32,000 bases of DNA, taken from the NCBI RefSeq assembly GCF_000195855.1, contig NC_002677.1, forward strand, positions 1,110,001 to 1,142,000, read 5' to 3'. How positions within the stretch are numbered: position 1 is the first letter of the stretch; each line of letters opens with the position of its first letter. Position numbers and translations under genes: made by a program. A model generated the notes under the pieces. That model had not been told where the DNA came from and made no database searches. It worked only from the letters and a program-made list of their open reading frames with translations. Source of the stretch: Mycobacterium leprae TN (lineage in GTDB: Bacteria; Actinomycetota; Actinomycetes; Mycobacteriales; Mycobacteriaceae). Below, in pieces: positions 1-11,619 of this stretch.

Positions 1-2
1 AT

Positions 3-188
3 GCCGCGGGTGCCAAGATAAACGAGTATCTCAGGCGGATCGGCAGTGAGGGCGTAATTGCGGGTTACAACGGCCTGTGCGGGATGCTCGTCAAGCACGT
101 TGCCGAAGTGACCGGTGAAGACCCTATGGCGGTTGTCTATCGGGCCGAGGAGACTGCACGCAACGTGTTGCCGGAAGAGGAGGAGTGA
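3..188 (+). CDS. C-terminal part of an intact conserved protein (left-truncated), ends ...GYNGLCGMLVKHVAEVTGEDPMAVVYRAEETARNVLPEEEE*
   Basis: Uninterrupted frame 3 from the window edge to TGA at 186-188, with protein-like composition and an acidic tail. No start codon in window; family not recognised. Confidence 0.7.
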   Translation, partial: AAGAKINEYLRRIGSEGVIAGYNGLCGMLVKHVAEVTGEDPMAVVYRAEETARNVLPEEEE

Positions 189-1429
189 TCGGGCGCGTTG
201 TTTACTGTGGGATCTCAATACAACACCACACCTGGGGTCCTTCGAAATTTGGTCAAAGCCAATCGTGCCGGCGGTCGTTCGGACACGTTAGCTGCATGCT
301 GGGGGTGCTGGAGGCACGCTACAATGTATTAGCAGCATTTGCTATATACACTGGAATGAAATTTGTTTCAACCTTTATTTCTTTGCATGATTATTATGCT
401 ATATTTATGGCAAACTCGATTGTGTGATTTATTACGACATCTGAAGGAAATTTTTATTCCTATAGCTTACACTACTGCTAGTGTCTGGGTTTGTGACTGC
501 TTTAGCTGCAATATAGTTGCTTAATCAATAATATCTCTGAAATCCTCTATTATTTTCGGTTTGGAAATGCTGGCGGAAAGATCGACTGTTAGTGTCTGGT
601 TTCGTGGATATCGAATTTTGCGGTTGACCGTTCGGTATTTCGTAGATAGATTCAATAACGGGAATGCGTAAGCTGCTTTATTGTAACGGGGCTTTCACTA
701 TGGAATTTATCCCAATGCTTTGGTGGTTGGCTGGAATGGTCGCTATACGGCGTTGATCTTGTCTGGAGGGGGGCTGCTGTATGCGGCTGTGAAACATGGT
801 GGCGTGTATATCGGTGGCGGGGAACACCTACTAGGCCCCAATTACCTCATCACATGTATCTGCCGGTATTCCCGACCATGGGGGATGGTGCTTTACCTCC
901 CGATCTGATGCCGTGATCTACCGAGCGGATATTTCTATGACTTGGATCACAATTCTTGGAGTTGTTCATAGGCTTACAGATTGATACCAGAAGTTCTGGT
1001 GGTGCCTTAAATCCTATTTGTAGGGCGTATAATTTTCGGTTTTCACGTGCGTAGATAACCGATAGGTATGTTGTTGCGACAATTTTGCTTAAGGTGGAGA
1101 AAATTCGATGCACATTGCCGAGTACCGGATTTTATCCGGTAACCAAGTACCCTAGTTCTGCCCGCAAAAATAATCGCTTAAGCGAGAGAAATGGAAGCTG
1201 CGAGCATAACGAGGGTTGGCAATGATCTTCATCGTCGTTAAGTTTTAAACCAGACCTGAGTGGAGCAACCGCTGGCGGATTTGGTCGTGTCGTTCATCGC
1301 TGCTACTCGTGCCAAAGTGGGCAATCTGCGATTCGAATGGTCCCGCAGCCTGGACAACTTGGCAGAGTACGTTCTGGTGGACGTTTTCCGTGACGATGAT
1401 ATGGGTGCACCCATGTCAACAGCGATCAT

Positions 1430-2400
1430 TTCACGCAAGCTATGCGGGAGCTGCTGCAGGTACTGAAGTTGATGTCCAAGATCATCAGCCAGATGATGAG
1501 GCGATGGGGGAGATGTCGGTTGACTAGCCGATGATGGTCGATTAACTGCTGACAACCGTTATTCGTCACCCAGCCGATAACTCGGTTCAAAGGAAGTGCA
1601 TCACCGCTCCAAAACGAGCCCGGGTCGAGCCAGTTCAAGTTCTTGTCCGTGACAAGCAATTCCATGTCTTGATAGGTGTCGCCACGGTTTCCGTGAAGTA
1701 TGCCTTCTCTAGAACCATTGTGCACCGTTGATCTTAGCGCCGCTGCATCTTCTTCTGAATCTTCCTGTCCAGCAACGCTAGTAACCCGAATACAGTCGTT
1801 GAGAGTCGGTACACGTCCGCGCAGCCAGCGGCAGGTCAGCTGTACGGGTGGTCGGAAACGCGGTGTCGTTCCTCTGTGCGATCACACGTAGTAGTACATT
1901 ATTTTGTTTACGGCTGGCATATAGCGTCCAGCTGACGCAGCCAGCATCGTTGGGTTCGTTGTAAGATGGTTTGCAGCAGATCGTTAAGCTGAACTATGCG
2001 GTGGTTGGTTCCGATCCATATGTCGACGAGTTTGTCGTCTAGTTCGGCATGTCGATCAGCCGCGGCAAGTCGTCAATGGCGACCGCTATGCCTACGTGGT
2101 TCACCGGACTATTCGTAAATTTCTGGATGGCACGTGGGTCGGGCCGCGAACGGTTCCGAAATAGCCAGAGGTCGTCGGTCCGAATTTCCTTGAGCGGCTT
2201 GATCCAGGGTGAGTGTATTCGAGTCCACACCAGTACGATAAGCGAAGGTAGCCTCTGGCCAGGCGTAGGATTTGGAAGTGTATCGGGCTGGCCGGTGTTG
2301 TCGCTAGCAACGCGCTGGTCCTGCTCGATCAACGGAAACTACGTGCCTACACGGCCGACGAAATCCGTTCCTGACTGCATCAATGGCTGGCATTCCACTC
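1430..2400 (-). pseudogene. Decayed conserved hypothetical protein, possibly NlpC/P60-like permuted papain-fold type
   Basis: Minus-strand fragments in several frames read in order: EIRTDDLWLFRNRSRPDPRAIQKFTNSPVNHVGIAVAIDDLPRLID, then ELDDKLVDIWIGTNHRIVQLNDLL, STTVFGLLALLDRK, and TYQDMELLVTDKNLNWLDPGSFWSGDALPLN. Frameshifts and stops separate them. Confidence 0.6.
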
Positions 2401-2738
2401 GGAGGAATTTCGATTCAAATCGAGGTTAGCCGCAGTTTTTGACCGCAACTAAGCGATAGTCACCGGAAGAGTTCGGTATGGCTACCGGTTAGCACACGAA
2501 TTCAGTTGTGCTGCTTCCGCTTTGTCTGGTTACCGAGTGCGTAACGGACGTTGCTATCATTAATCGGTCGCCGTGACACTTTGTCACATGTTTGGTCCGC
2601 TACGGCAAGGCCGCATTAATGTATCCTGGTCACCAGGTGTCGGGCCTATAGGAAATGTCTTGAGTTCAGCTCAGTCACCGCAGGTAGTGAGTTTCATGTG
2701 AGCCGATTGGGTGACTTTCGATAGGTGCGGCCTTGGCC

Positions 2739-4092
2739 TATGACGGTGGTAGTTATTCAGATCTGCTAGTTATATTTGGAATTACCGACGCACTGGCCCG
2801 CAAGATAATTTCCGGGCGTTGTATCAGTTCGAGTTTCGCGGCTTGCTGGATTGCCTAATTTTGGGGTGTTGCCAGTGCTGACGTGCCAATCGAGCAGTTG
2901 GTCGAGTGTGCACGGAAGGACATTAAGCGACTCCGGCGAGACGTTAGACTGCGTGGTGTTTGATAAACTAGCGGGCTGGCTGGACTATCTGCACAGTGAC
3001 GTTACCGATAGCTAACTCGATGACTCGCTGGTCGAACTGATCGGATCGGATTACCCCCTGCACTACGTTGCAAATTCCTTCGGTCTTGTTTACGCCGTTT
3101 GTGGAGAAGCTCGCGAACGTAGGGCTTCTACGGTGGGCACGCGTTATGGTGGAAACGCCGTTTGGTCACGACCTGGATTCGGCGCGGGAACTCAATATTC
3201 GGCTGTGCGCCGTGCTCGACGGAGAGCAGATCCTGCGGTTGGACTACATTGTTATGTAAACAGTCTGTTGTCGAGGTGGAGTACCTGCTATTTGCTAACT
3301 GGGCTTCCGTGCAACTGTGGCACCGCCATAGTGTTTTCGAGATCCACCTACCATGGCTAAGGACTTTCGGTGTGCAGTCCCGTGGCAAGTTCTACGACGC
3401 GGTGGGCACTTTTGCGTGATGTCCTACAAAACACCGCTGCATGTGTTGGCGCTGATCGTGAGGGAGCCGCCGGTGGGGTCGAATGCCGATGACTTGAACG
3501 ACAAGAAGGTCTAGGTGTTTAGAGCGATGTCGGTACTGGGCCCGCAGCGTTGCGTAAGTGGTCAGTACCGTAACTATACCGACTTCGCTGGGGTGGAGAA
3601 AGATTCGCAAACCAAGATGACTTACGTCGCACTGCTGACTGAGATCGACACCTGGCGGTGGGTCGGAGTGCTGATCTTTTTGTGCACGGGAAAGGCCTTG
3701 CTGCAGAAGATCACCGAAGTGCGGTTTTTTTCTGTGCCATGTTCCTGGGTTGGCTTTCCTGCCCAGCCACTGATCAGCTGGACCCAACCAGATCGTGGTG
3801 AGCATCGATCCCGATCCGGGTATGTGCATGCAGCTATCTACCCAACTTGGCGACTTGTGGCATGACGTTCATCCTAGACTCCTCATTTGCTGTGGACCTC
3901 AGTGAACCGGTGCGGCTCTATGAACGGCTTTTCTATGCTGGTTTGACCCGTGATTGGCAGCTTTTCGCCCTGGAAGATGACATCGAAGAGACGTGGCACT
4001 GCTGTCAGACAACCCGGGCAAAACCACCTGAACCATTGCGGTTACTGGGGACCGAGGCTGCGCAGTTGCTGCTGCACGGCCACCGCAGTTGA
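2739..4092 (+). pseudogene. zwf: Glucose-6-phosphate dehydrogenase pseudogene (zwf1-like)
   Basis: Ordered multi-frame fragments: SDLLVIFGITDALARK; FVEKLANVGLLRWARVMVETPFGHDLDSARELNIRLCAVLDGEQILRLDYI; EPPVGSNADDLNDKK; VFRAMSVLGPQRCVSGQYRNYTDFAGVEKDSQTKMTYVALLTEIDTWRWVGV; GDRGCAVAAARPPQL region (frame-shifted GPEAAQ-like tail). Many stops. Confidence 0.9.
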
Positions 4093-4149
4093 CAAGAACT
4101 TTGGTTCTCTGCGGGAACGCCCGCAGTATAGTTACGGAAACCGAAGAAG

Positions 4150-5172
4150 ATGCAGTTGGGGGATGAGCGGCCTTAGCCGGATGGGCACCAAGGTCGTGCG
4201 CTGCTTGGTCAAGGACGGACATGAGTGTGTAGTTTACGATCACAACACTGATGTGGTCACGGCACTGGCCCGGTGAGAGCAAGGAACGGCCGGGGTGTCT
4301 GTCGCTAGCCGAGCTACGCGACAAACTCATTGAGTACCATGAGCAGTCTGGGTGATGATGCCCGAGGGGGATCTCACCACGTCGGTGATCACGGAGTTGG
4401 CTGACACACTCGATGCTGATGACATTGTGATTGACGGCGGCAATTCCTACTACCGCGGTGACATCGAACACGTAAAAGATCTTGTTCATGAATGGGATTA
4501 ATCTTTTTCTGCGGCCCCAGCGGTGGGGTGTGGGTCCGGGAGTGTGGCTACTGCCCTATAATTTAGGGGTGACGACTACGCTTTCGCGCACGCGGAGCCA
4601 CTGTTTGTTACCTCAGCGCCGGGTGTCGAAGCAGCACCGCGTCCGCAGGGACGACACGGCGACTCGCACAAGCGGAGAAGGGCTACTTGTATGTGGCCCG
4701 TGTGGAGCGGGCAATTTCGTCAAGATGGTGCACAACGGGATTTAGTACGGGATGATGGCCTCGCTGGCCGAGGGGCTGAAACATTATGTATAACGCCAAT
4801 ATCGGTATTCGCGTGCAGAGAGGTATCGAAACTGGCGACGCTGGAAAATCTTGAGTTCTATCAGTACGACATCGATATCCCAGCGGTCGCTGGGGTATGG
4901 ATGCGGGAGCAGTGTGATCAGTTCGTGGCTCCTAGATTTGACCGCGTCAACGCTGCACGAATTGTCCGCTCTGGGCGAGTTCGTCGGGCGAGTGTTTGAC
5001 AGTGGGAAGGTCGTGGATGGTTATTACGGCGATCGACGAAGGAGTACCGTAGCCAGTGCTGAAGACCGCTGTGTATACTAGCTGCGTCTTGCCCCAGTTC
5101 GTTGAGTTCGATGCCAAGGTGTTATCGGTGATGCGCAAATAGTTCAGCGGGTACGACGAGAAGCCGTCCTAA
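4150..5172 (+). pseudogene. gnd: 6-phosphogluconate dehydrogenase, decarboxylating (gnd2-like) pseudogene
   Basis: MQLG then MSGLSRMGTKVVRCLVKDGHECVVYDHNTDVVTALAR (Rossmann GLxRMG N-terminus, +1 frameshift after codon 4); CGSSVISSWLLDLTASTL...SALGEFVGRVFDSG; in-frame tail AKVLSVMRK*FSGYDEKPS*. Confidence 0.9.
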
Positions 5173-5179
5173 TTCCTGG

Positions 5180-5960
5180 TTAAACGGGCGATTTTCGACG
5201 ACGTCGGTGAAAGCGTAATTATCATTACCGGTCGCAGTATGCCTAGCGTTGGATAATTCGACAAACTCCGCCCACGGTACACTTTAGCGAGAAAATCTTG
5301 AACGACCTCGGAGGTGATCACGTAGGAGAGTTTTGCCGCGAATCAACAGGACTGGGATCTGCAGGTCGACGGCTGCCTGCTCGATTTTTTCGGTGCGCAA
5401 CTTCGGGTTGTCTCCGGGGGTTTGGTCATCGTCACCGAAGCCCGGTACAAGCACATAGTGTCTGTCGCGCAGGAGCAGATTTTGCAATCCTTCGGGATTG
5501 CGTGGTTTCCTGCGGTGCGGTCAGTAGGCGGCGTTTGCCTCGTCAAGGAAGGTAAAACCGTAGATGTGGCTGGACATGAAATCCCAGATGTGGGCTCTGG
5601 TATTCCTCGCGTAACGCGGCATTATTTCGACCAACACCAACCTGTTGATCACCTATACTTTCGGCGACCGGAATGCTGGTGAGTCCGCCCACGCTGGCCC
5701 CGGGTATTACCCATTGGGTAGGATCTGTATAGTATCGAGCGCGCGAAGGACTGTAGTATGTCAAACTTTCGGGGGGCGTAGTCGGCTTCCGGTGTACGGT
5801 TGCTGTCATTCAATGTCAGCGCGTGTCGATCGCGACGACGTGGTGCCCTTGGTCCGACAGGATTTAGTTGGTGGTCTTCCAGGAGAACCGGTTTTGCTCC
5901 CCAACGTGCAACATTAGGCCTGTTGGTGCTGACTCGGAGCCGCGGTTCCATTCGTTGGCA
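5180..5960 (-). pseudogene. Alpha/beta-hydrolase pseudogene (bpoB/non-haem peroxidase-like)
   Basis: Minus-strand fragments: VARWGAKPVLL; TPEADYAPRKFDILQSFARSILYRSYPMGNTRGQ; DLQIPVLLIRGK; FVELSNARHTATGNDNYAFTDVVE. Position next to gnd matches recalled Rv1123c. Confidence 0.65.
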
Positions 5961-6229
5961 ACCAGGGTGGATCCCACCGGTGCCAGTGCAGCCAACTGGC
6001 TGGGGCTGCGATGGTGCTCACGGCTTTCCGACGTTATCTAGCTGAGTAACCGCCTGTTACGGGTGTGTTTGGGGCCTGTGTCCCGGCATCGAATCGGGGA
6101 GTGTGTTCGCGGCTTCGGGAGGTGGGCCGCAATGCCGTTAAATTTTGCGACAATGATTCTTATCAAAACGTTCGACCTCGAATTGGCGGTGGTGTTAATC
6201 TGTCGCCTAGGCAGGGGCAATACCAAGGA

Positions 6230-6850
6230 ATGCCGGTGTCATTCGTATCCGTAGTACTGGAATTTGTTAGTGCGATGGCCTCCGATTCGGCCAATGTTGG
6301 GTTGACCATCGCCGAGGCCACAACCATAGCTGCCGGGTCCAACGACCAGCGATGCTCGCACCCAGGGGCTGACCAGTGTCGGTGGCCATCGTGGTGCTGT
6401 TCGGTGTATATGCCCGGTTTCCCAGGAGCTCGGCACGCAAGCGGGGGGGGGGGGCGTTCTACCCGGCAGTTCGTGCAGGCTTTAACCGGTGCTGCGAGCG
6501 CGTATGCGTCCGCCGAGGTTGCCAACGCGTCGCCGTTGCAAATCCTCGAGTAAGATGTGTAGATTGCGATCAATGTGCCCAACCAGGCGCTTTTAGGGCG
6601 CCCAACTGATTGGCAGCGGTCCCGTCGGGGTGTTTGCTGGTAACTAATGGTTGGCCGGGCGTTATTTTGGTTGGCAAGATGAGGCAACGGCTATACCGAT
6701 GCAACTTCGCCGGCCTAATCGGAGGGAACGGCGTATGCGCCAGGTTTCTTGGCAACGGCGGTGCAGCCAGCAGCGGTGGTCATGGTGCAGGTGCAAAGAG
6801 CCCGTCGCGCTAACCTGCTATGTACTCGTCATAGGCGGGCGGCTGCGGCG
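6230..6850 (+). pseudogene. PE family (PE_PGRS-like) pseudogene
   Basis: MPVSFVSVVLEFVSAMASDSANVGLTIAEATTIAAGS (PE N-terminal domain), then QFVQALTGAASAYASAEVANASPLQ in another frame relative to the SVAIVVLFGVYARF segment, then degraded Gly-rich GLIGGNG...FLGNGGAAS... segment. Confidence 0.87.
6443..6454 (+). repeat. 12-nt poly-G tract inside the PE pseudogene
   Basis: Direct reading: ...ggcacgcaagc GGGGGGGGGGGG cgttct... Confidence 0.97.
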
Positions 6851-8079
6851 TATCGGGCCATAGCTCGGAGAAGCGGTCGTATAAAACTCGGTCCCTAGCC
6901 GTCCTGTCCACACCATCGAATAACCTGGTGCAGCATTTCCTGAGTTGTGGCCACAGGTCCCCTCCATGTACGAGTAGTCACTGCATTAGAGCACGTTGTT
7001 GAAGCCCATTGCGGTCATCGCCGCGATCACCGACAAGTCGTGCTGGAACGAAGAGTAAATCGGTGAGTAGATGATCTCGTGCGGACAGTGATTGAGCTTG
7101 GGCCGCAACACCATTGTATGTTGGCGCTATCCCCTTTCACTCGGTCGGCGGTGAGTGGCACGCACGTCGCGCCGCTCTCGGACACCAAACCTCCGCGCTT
7201 CGGGTGCCGATCCAATGCTCCCGAGGTTGCGCGCTTGACCACCGTGCGATGGCCGCCGAACGACGTCTCGGTGTAGTTGAGCACTGCACCGCCCAGGCCG
7301 CGGTAGGTCACCACGATCGAGTTGCTGGAGGAAACATCGGTTGGCTTGGTGCCGATGCGGAAAGCGATCATCATGCCGATGTCTTCAGCGGTGGCCCAGA
7401 ACGGCTCCTACTACTCGCGGTGGTAGTGGCGCTGCGTGATGTGCGGAGTGACGGGGAGAAAGGCTGCCTTGAAAACCGTTGCGCCGCAAAGTTTAAATTC
7501 GTTTACTGTATCGTCGGTATCAGTATTTAACACTTGTGTTATGGGAATTAGCCGCGATGATTAGTTGATAATTGTTTTTTTGGACCAGTCGTTGGATGCC
7601 CGCATCGCTTAGCGCAACAGCTCCAGAATCTAGAAACGAGCCGGACCACGTGCCCAATGACGGGAACACCGATTCCGACCAGATACCTTCGCTGTCGAGA
7701 TCGGCAATCCGCTTTTCGAGGTCGCGGACGTCCGGCGCGGCAGTCGTGGCCGGCAGAAATTGCTCTTGGGCAGCCATGAGTGCTACAGGTCAGCAGGTTC
7801 GATGAAATGAGAGTCGCAGAGTTAGCCTAAAGTTTTACGGGTGTTATCATGAGTTCATCTACTAAAATAATACTCTGAATATTGTCATACTGTCTACACC
7901 TGGTCGGCCGCTGTGGTCAGCACTGAGGTGGTTTGGAGCACACAGCTGAAGCGGCCTCTCCGAAATTGGTGGAACCGATGGCGGTGATTTTTCGTTGTCG
8001 CCGTAGTCCATCAATGTCCAAAGGTCGACGACCCCAATACACTATGGAGACTCGCGTGTGCCCAGCCCGGTCAGCGATC

Positions 8080-8545
8080 ATGCCCTCACTATGGCTCGAC
8101 TACAACTTGGAAGAGGCTGTATAGTTTTACATTTCGATTTTCTTGAACTTGTAGATCGAAGGATGCAACCAGTACACCGAAGCGGGTTTGGGTGAATCTG
8201 GTCGGGTGGTGAGTGGAACTTTCGTATTGACCGGCGTTAGTTTCATCAAGACCAACGGTGGTCCTAAATTCCCGTTAATCGAGGTAGTCTCGCTCACGAT
8301 CAACTGCGAGGACCAAGACGAGGTAAATTTACTACTACTGGGAGCGGTTAACCGACGGCTGCGAGGAAGCGCAGTGCGGCTGCTGGTAAGGGCCGCTTCG
8401 TCCTGTATTGTCAGATCGTTCCGGATCGGCTCTATGAGCTGATCAGCGATCCGTGTCAGGCCTGAGCGACGGTGGCCACCAAGGCGATGCTAGGTATGCG
8501 CAAGATCGTTGTAGCCGAGCTGAAATGGGCGTTTGCCCAATTGTG
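8080..8545 (+). pseudogene. PhnB-like / VOC-superfamily (3-demethylubiquinone methyltransferase-like fold) protein pseudogene
   Basis: PSLWLDYNLEEAV*FYISIF...; ESGRVVSGTFVLTGVSFIKTNGGPKFPLIEVVSLTINCEDQDEV; QIVPDRLYELISDPCQA...KAMLGMRKIVVAELKWAF in another frame. Confidence 0.75.
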
Positions 8546-8559
8546 TGCCGAAGGGTGAG

Positions 8560-9143
8560 CTCATTCGGTGAGCCGGTCGGTCCAGTCGATTGTGGCGTTA
8601 ATGATCGCCTGCACATCGTCCGAGTTGTCGCATCCGGCCGCCATCAGCGACGTCTCCGCCATGGTGGCCATCAGTACGCGGCTCAGCAGTTGGTCGCGTA
8701 GGGACGTATCCAACTGCAGAAGGCGGCCATCATGCGGTCGCGACGGGAGATCTCGAAGCCTGCAGGTGTGTCTCCGGACGACAGCACCCTGGCCGGGTGC
8801 CGGTTTTCCCACATCGTCTCGAGGTAGGGCCCGTACGTGGACTTCGAATACCCGCTGCCGATCGATCCCCGCTGGGACGGATTGGCCCGCTTGTTGCATC
8901 GCCGCGGCGATGCGGTGGTCGACGCTGTCGGCCCATTTGCTCGAAGATCGCCAGAAACAGTTTGCGTTTGCCCCCGAAGTGGTGATAAATGCTGCCGATG
9001 ATGGCGCCAGAGCCGGTCATCGCGTCGGTCATCGTTGCCGTGGTGAAGCTACGAGTCGCGAATACCTCGATCGCTGCGTCGAGGATTCGCCGCTGGATGG
9101 CGCCGGTCTTGGCCCAGCGGTGGGTCCGCGCGGAGGTCGTCAT
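8560..9143 (-). pseudogene. TetR family transcriptional regulator pseudogene
   Basis: MTTSARTHRWAKTGAIQRRILDAAIEVFATRSFTTATMTDAMTGSGAIIGSIYHHFGGKRKLFLAIFEQM (TetR HTH), then frameshift; C-terminal frame gives DTSLRDQLLSRVLMATMAETSLMAAGCDNSDDVQAIINATIDWTDRL. Confidence 0.85.
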
Positions 9144-9399
9144 ACGGTTAGACGTTAACGGGTATGCCGCGCTGCCAGGCGAACCTTGCATTGTCTAGCC
9201 GAGATCACACCGGTCGGGGTCGATGGGCTCGCGTTACGTTGTTCGGGTGCATGTCCTATCGGGTAAGCCAGCCGGACGTGCTGAACAGGAGTAAACATGG
9301 CGGCGATGCTGCTCATTCTGGCTAGGACTGCAGCGCGACGACGGGTGACGCTCATCGTGCGAGTGCACTGGGTATCCCGCGTTGACTGAGCCACGCGGG

Positions 9400-10284
9400 A
9401 TCGATGTGCCAGGGCCCGCTGGGGACCTCAAGGACCTGATCTGGGTGCCGGCCCGATTCCCCGATCGCGTTGTGTCTGTATGGCTTCCCTGACACTGCCT
9501 ACGGTCGGCGCAAGATCGCTCCCTAGCTGGTCCAGCCGGGTTGGCGGGTAGTCGCCACCTTTCATGCGCGGGTACGCCCCGTCGTCGATATCTATCGCCG
9601 GCAGTTATCACGTTAGTGCGTTGATGGATGATGCGTTGCGCGTGCGACTGGTTGCGGGCGGCACCGAACGCGATGTGGTGATTGGTCACGACTGGGGTGC
9701 CATGGCTGCCACCGGCCTGGCCGCGATACCTGACAGTTCGTTCGTTAAGGCGGTGATCATTTCAGTGTCGCGTGCGGCAACGTTTCGCTCGTTTGGTCGG
9801 CTGGCCGACCGTGGATGGCTGGTGCTGGCGCTACCGCATAAACTACTGCGCAGTTGGTGTCCAACTACCTTGGCTGCCTGAGAATTCCACTTATTGGTTG
9901 CTGCAGCTGCTGTGGCGGCGGTGGTTACAGGGCTATCGCAGTGCGGGTGAGGATCTTCGCCACGTGGACGCCGCGATCAGGACGTCAGAGAGCTGGCGGG
10001 CGGTGCTAGGACCGTACCGGGGTCTTGTTACACAACGCCCGGCCGTCGATGCGGTATGCCGAATCGGAGTTGTTGTGGGCCGAGTCGCCCATGTTGCCGA
10101 ATAGTTTACCTGCATGATTGTGACGAAAGTTGCTTGGCACCGGTTTTCACTCGCTGGATGGAGAAGATGCTGCAGGCCGGGCAGTGAGGCGGCAATCGTG
10201 GAGCATGCTGGGCATTTCCTGCAGCTTGAACAATCGGACAAGGTTGGTGAGGTGGTCCTGGTGTTCATCGGCTCACCTGGCTGA
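9400..10284 (+). pseudogene. ephC: Epoxide hydrolase (ephC-like) pseudogene
   Basis: MRGYAPSSISIAGSYHVSALMDDALRVRLVAGGTERDVVIGHDWGAMAATGLAAIPD (nucleophile elbow GHDWGA); YWLLQLLWRRWLQGYRSAGEDLRHVDAAI; VEHAGHFLQLEQSDKVGE...VFIGSPG*. Fragments in different frames; 5' boundary approximate. Confidence 0.82.
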
Positions 10285-10308
10285 TGCCATGGCGGCATGT
10301 CGGATGAC

Positions 10309-11480
10309 CGTCGTTGACGGGCAGTTCTACTGGATGTCGGCCAAAGTCTCCAACGACCAGTTCCGGTTTTACGCACCCGACGTCCAACTAACCCGGTTCA
10401 ATTGTGTCATTGACAAGGTTAGTTACCGCGCCTGAGCCTGCCCGGATTTGGCGATGCGTGTCGACGACGGGTCTGCCCTGACTTACCCACGGTGGATTTC
10501 GGCGGGCGTCAAGCCCGCGTAGTTGGTTGAGCATAAGCTCATTGATCGCTTTTGGCACGGTTGTCTGGCCGCAGTGTTTAGCCTTGCTAGCGAACAGTTA
10601 GACATTCGCCAGGTGCCTTGGCGGCTGAGCTTTTTCACACCGGTGCTAGGATTCTGAGGTTCATCGGCCTGGGCGTCGTTGCGGTCATGCAGGTAGCGCA
10701 TGCTCTGGCCAGTGGAGCCCGTACTTCGGCGATGGCTGTCTGGTTTCTCTGTCGGTTGGCCCCGGTACCCGAGGTGGCACGGCTATCGGCAGGTTTTTTG
10801 TCGTGGTGAGTGATCGATGCGGTTAGTACGCACTGTCGGATGGTGTGCGCGATATCTGCGCCGGGGTTGCTGGCTATCGCCATTGGGCGGCTGCCGCTAT
10901 CGACCAACGCCCGCCCAGAGGATACCCGCGTCGTGCGCATGCTGACACAGCATCGTGCACAGCTGCTTGGTCCCACGGTTACTGTCGCCGTGCTGGCCGC
11001 GGTGTCCAGGGCGATGTATGAAATGTTCGATGAATAGGAGGATGCTCTGGGAGCTGAGGTTCCTCATATCCAAAATATTTGTGCTACATGATCATAACCG
11101 TTTAAGAGACGTCGTGTGGGGCTATATTCGGAGCGCCCGAGTGTAGCGGATAGCGACCGATCTGGCCAACGGTCGTCGCCGCTTCCAGCATCCGGTTGTG
11201 CGCGCAGCCGGATGCGTTTTTGCCGTTATACCGGGCTGCGTTGCTGCATTGGGGCATGTTGTTGTTGTTCGACCCGGATGCCGGGATCGCATTGGTGTCC
11301 GGGCATCCGGTGGTGTCTGGCGTGTACTGCGGAGCAGCGGACCCCAGTTTCGGTGGTGCTGAGAGGCTGCTAACCGGCATTGTTGTCTGCGATGAGCTTG
11401 ACCCATGGCGTATACGGCATCGTCGCGATCAGTGTGTACGCGGCCAAGTCGGCGGTGGCTGATATCGATGATTATTTGCA
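10309..11480 (+). pseudogene. Decayed Rv1125-like protein, possibly WS/DGAT-type acyltransferase
   Basis: MAACRMTVVDGQFYWMSAKVSNDQFRFYAPDVQLTRFNCVIDKV; later VVAVMQVAHALASGARTSAMAVWFLCRLAPVPEVA; position after ephC. Confidence 0.5.
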
Positions 11481-11619
11481 GTTGTTGGACTCTACCCACA
11501 ACACAATAAATATACAATTCTTGTCTGTAACAAAGCGGGGTATAACGTGCTGCAATTAAATGTTGGATAGAACAATGTCGCAATAGTTATTTGCGTAATG
11601 AGAATATGAAGGTGATCGA

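Noticed and set aside
6163-6687. 174-aa minus-strand ORF
   Set aside because: Antisense to the recognisable PE-domain remnant; low-information peptide.
7027-7777. Minus-strand ORFs (IVVTYRGLGGAVLNYTETSFGGHRTVVKRATSGAL... and MAAQEQFLPATTAAPDVRDLEKRIADLDSEG...)
   Set aside because: They look like degraded protein sequence but no family could be named confidently, so no feature is called.
8896-8913. 18-bp perfect palindrome GCATCGCCGCGGCGATGC in the TetR pseudogene
   Set aside because: Short and GC-only in character; could be chance in high-GC coding sequence, so not grouped with the long palindromes.
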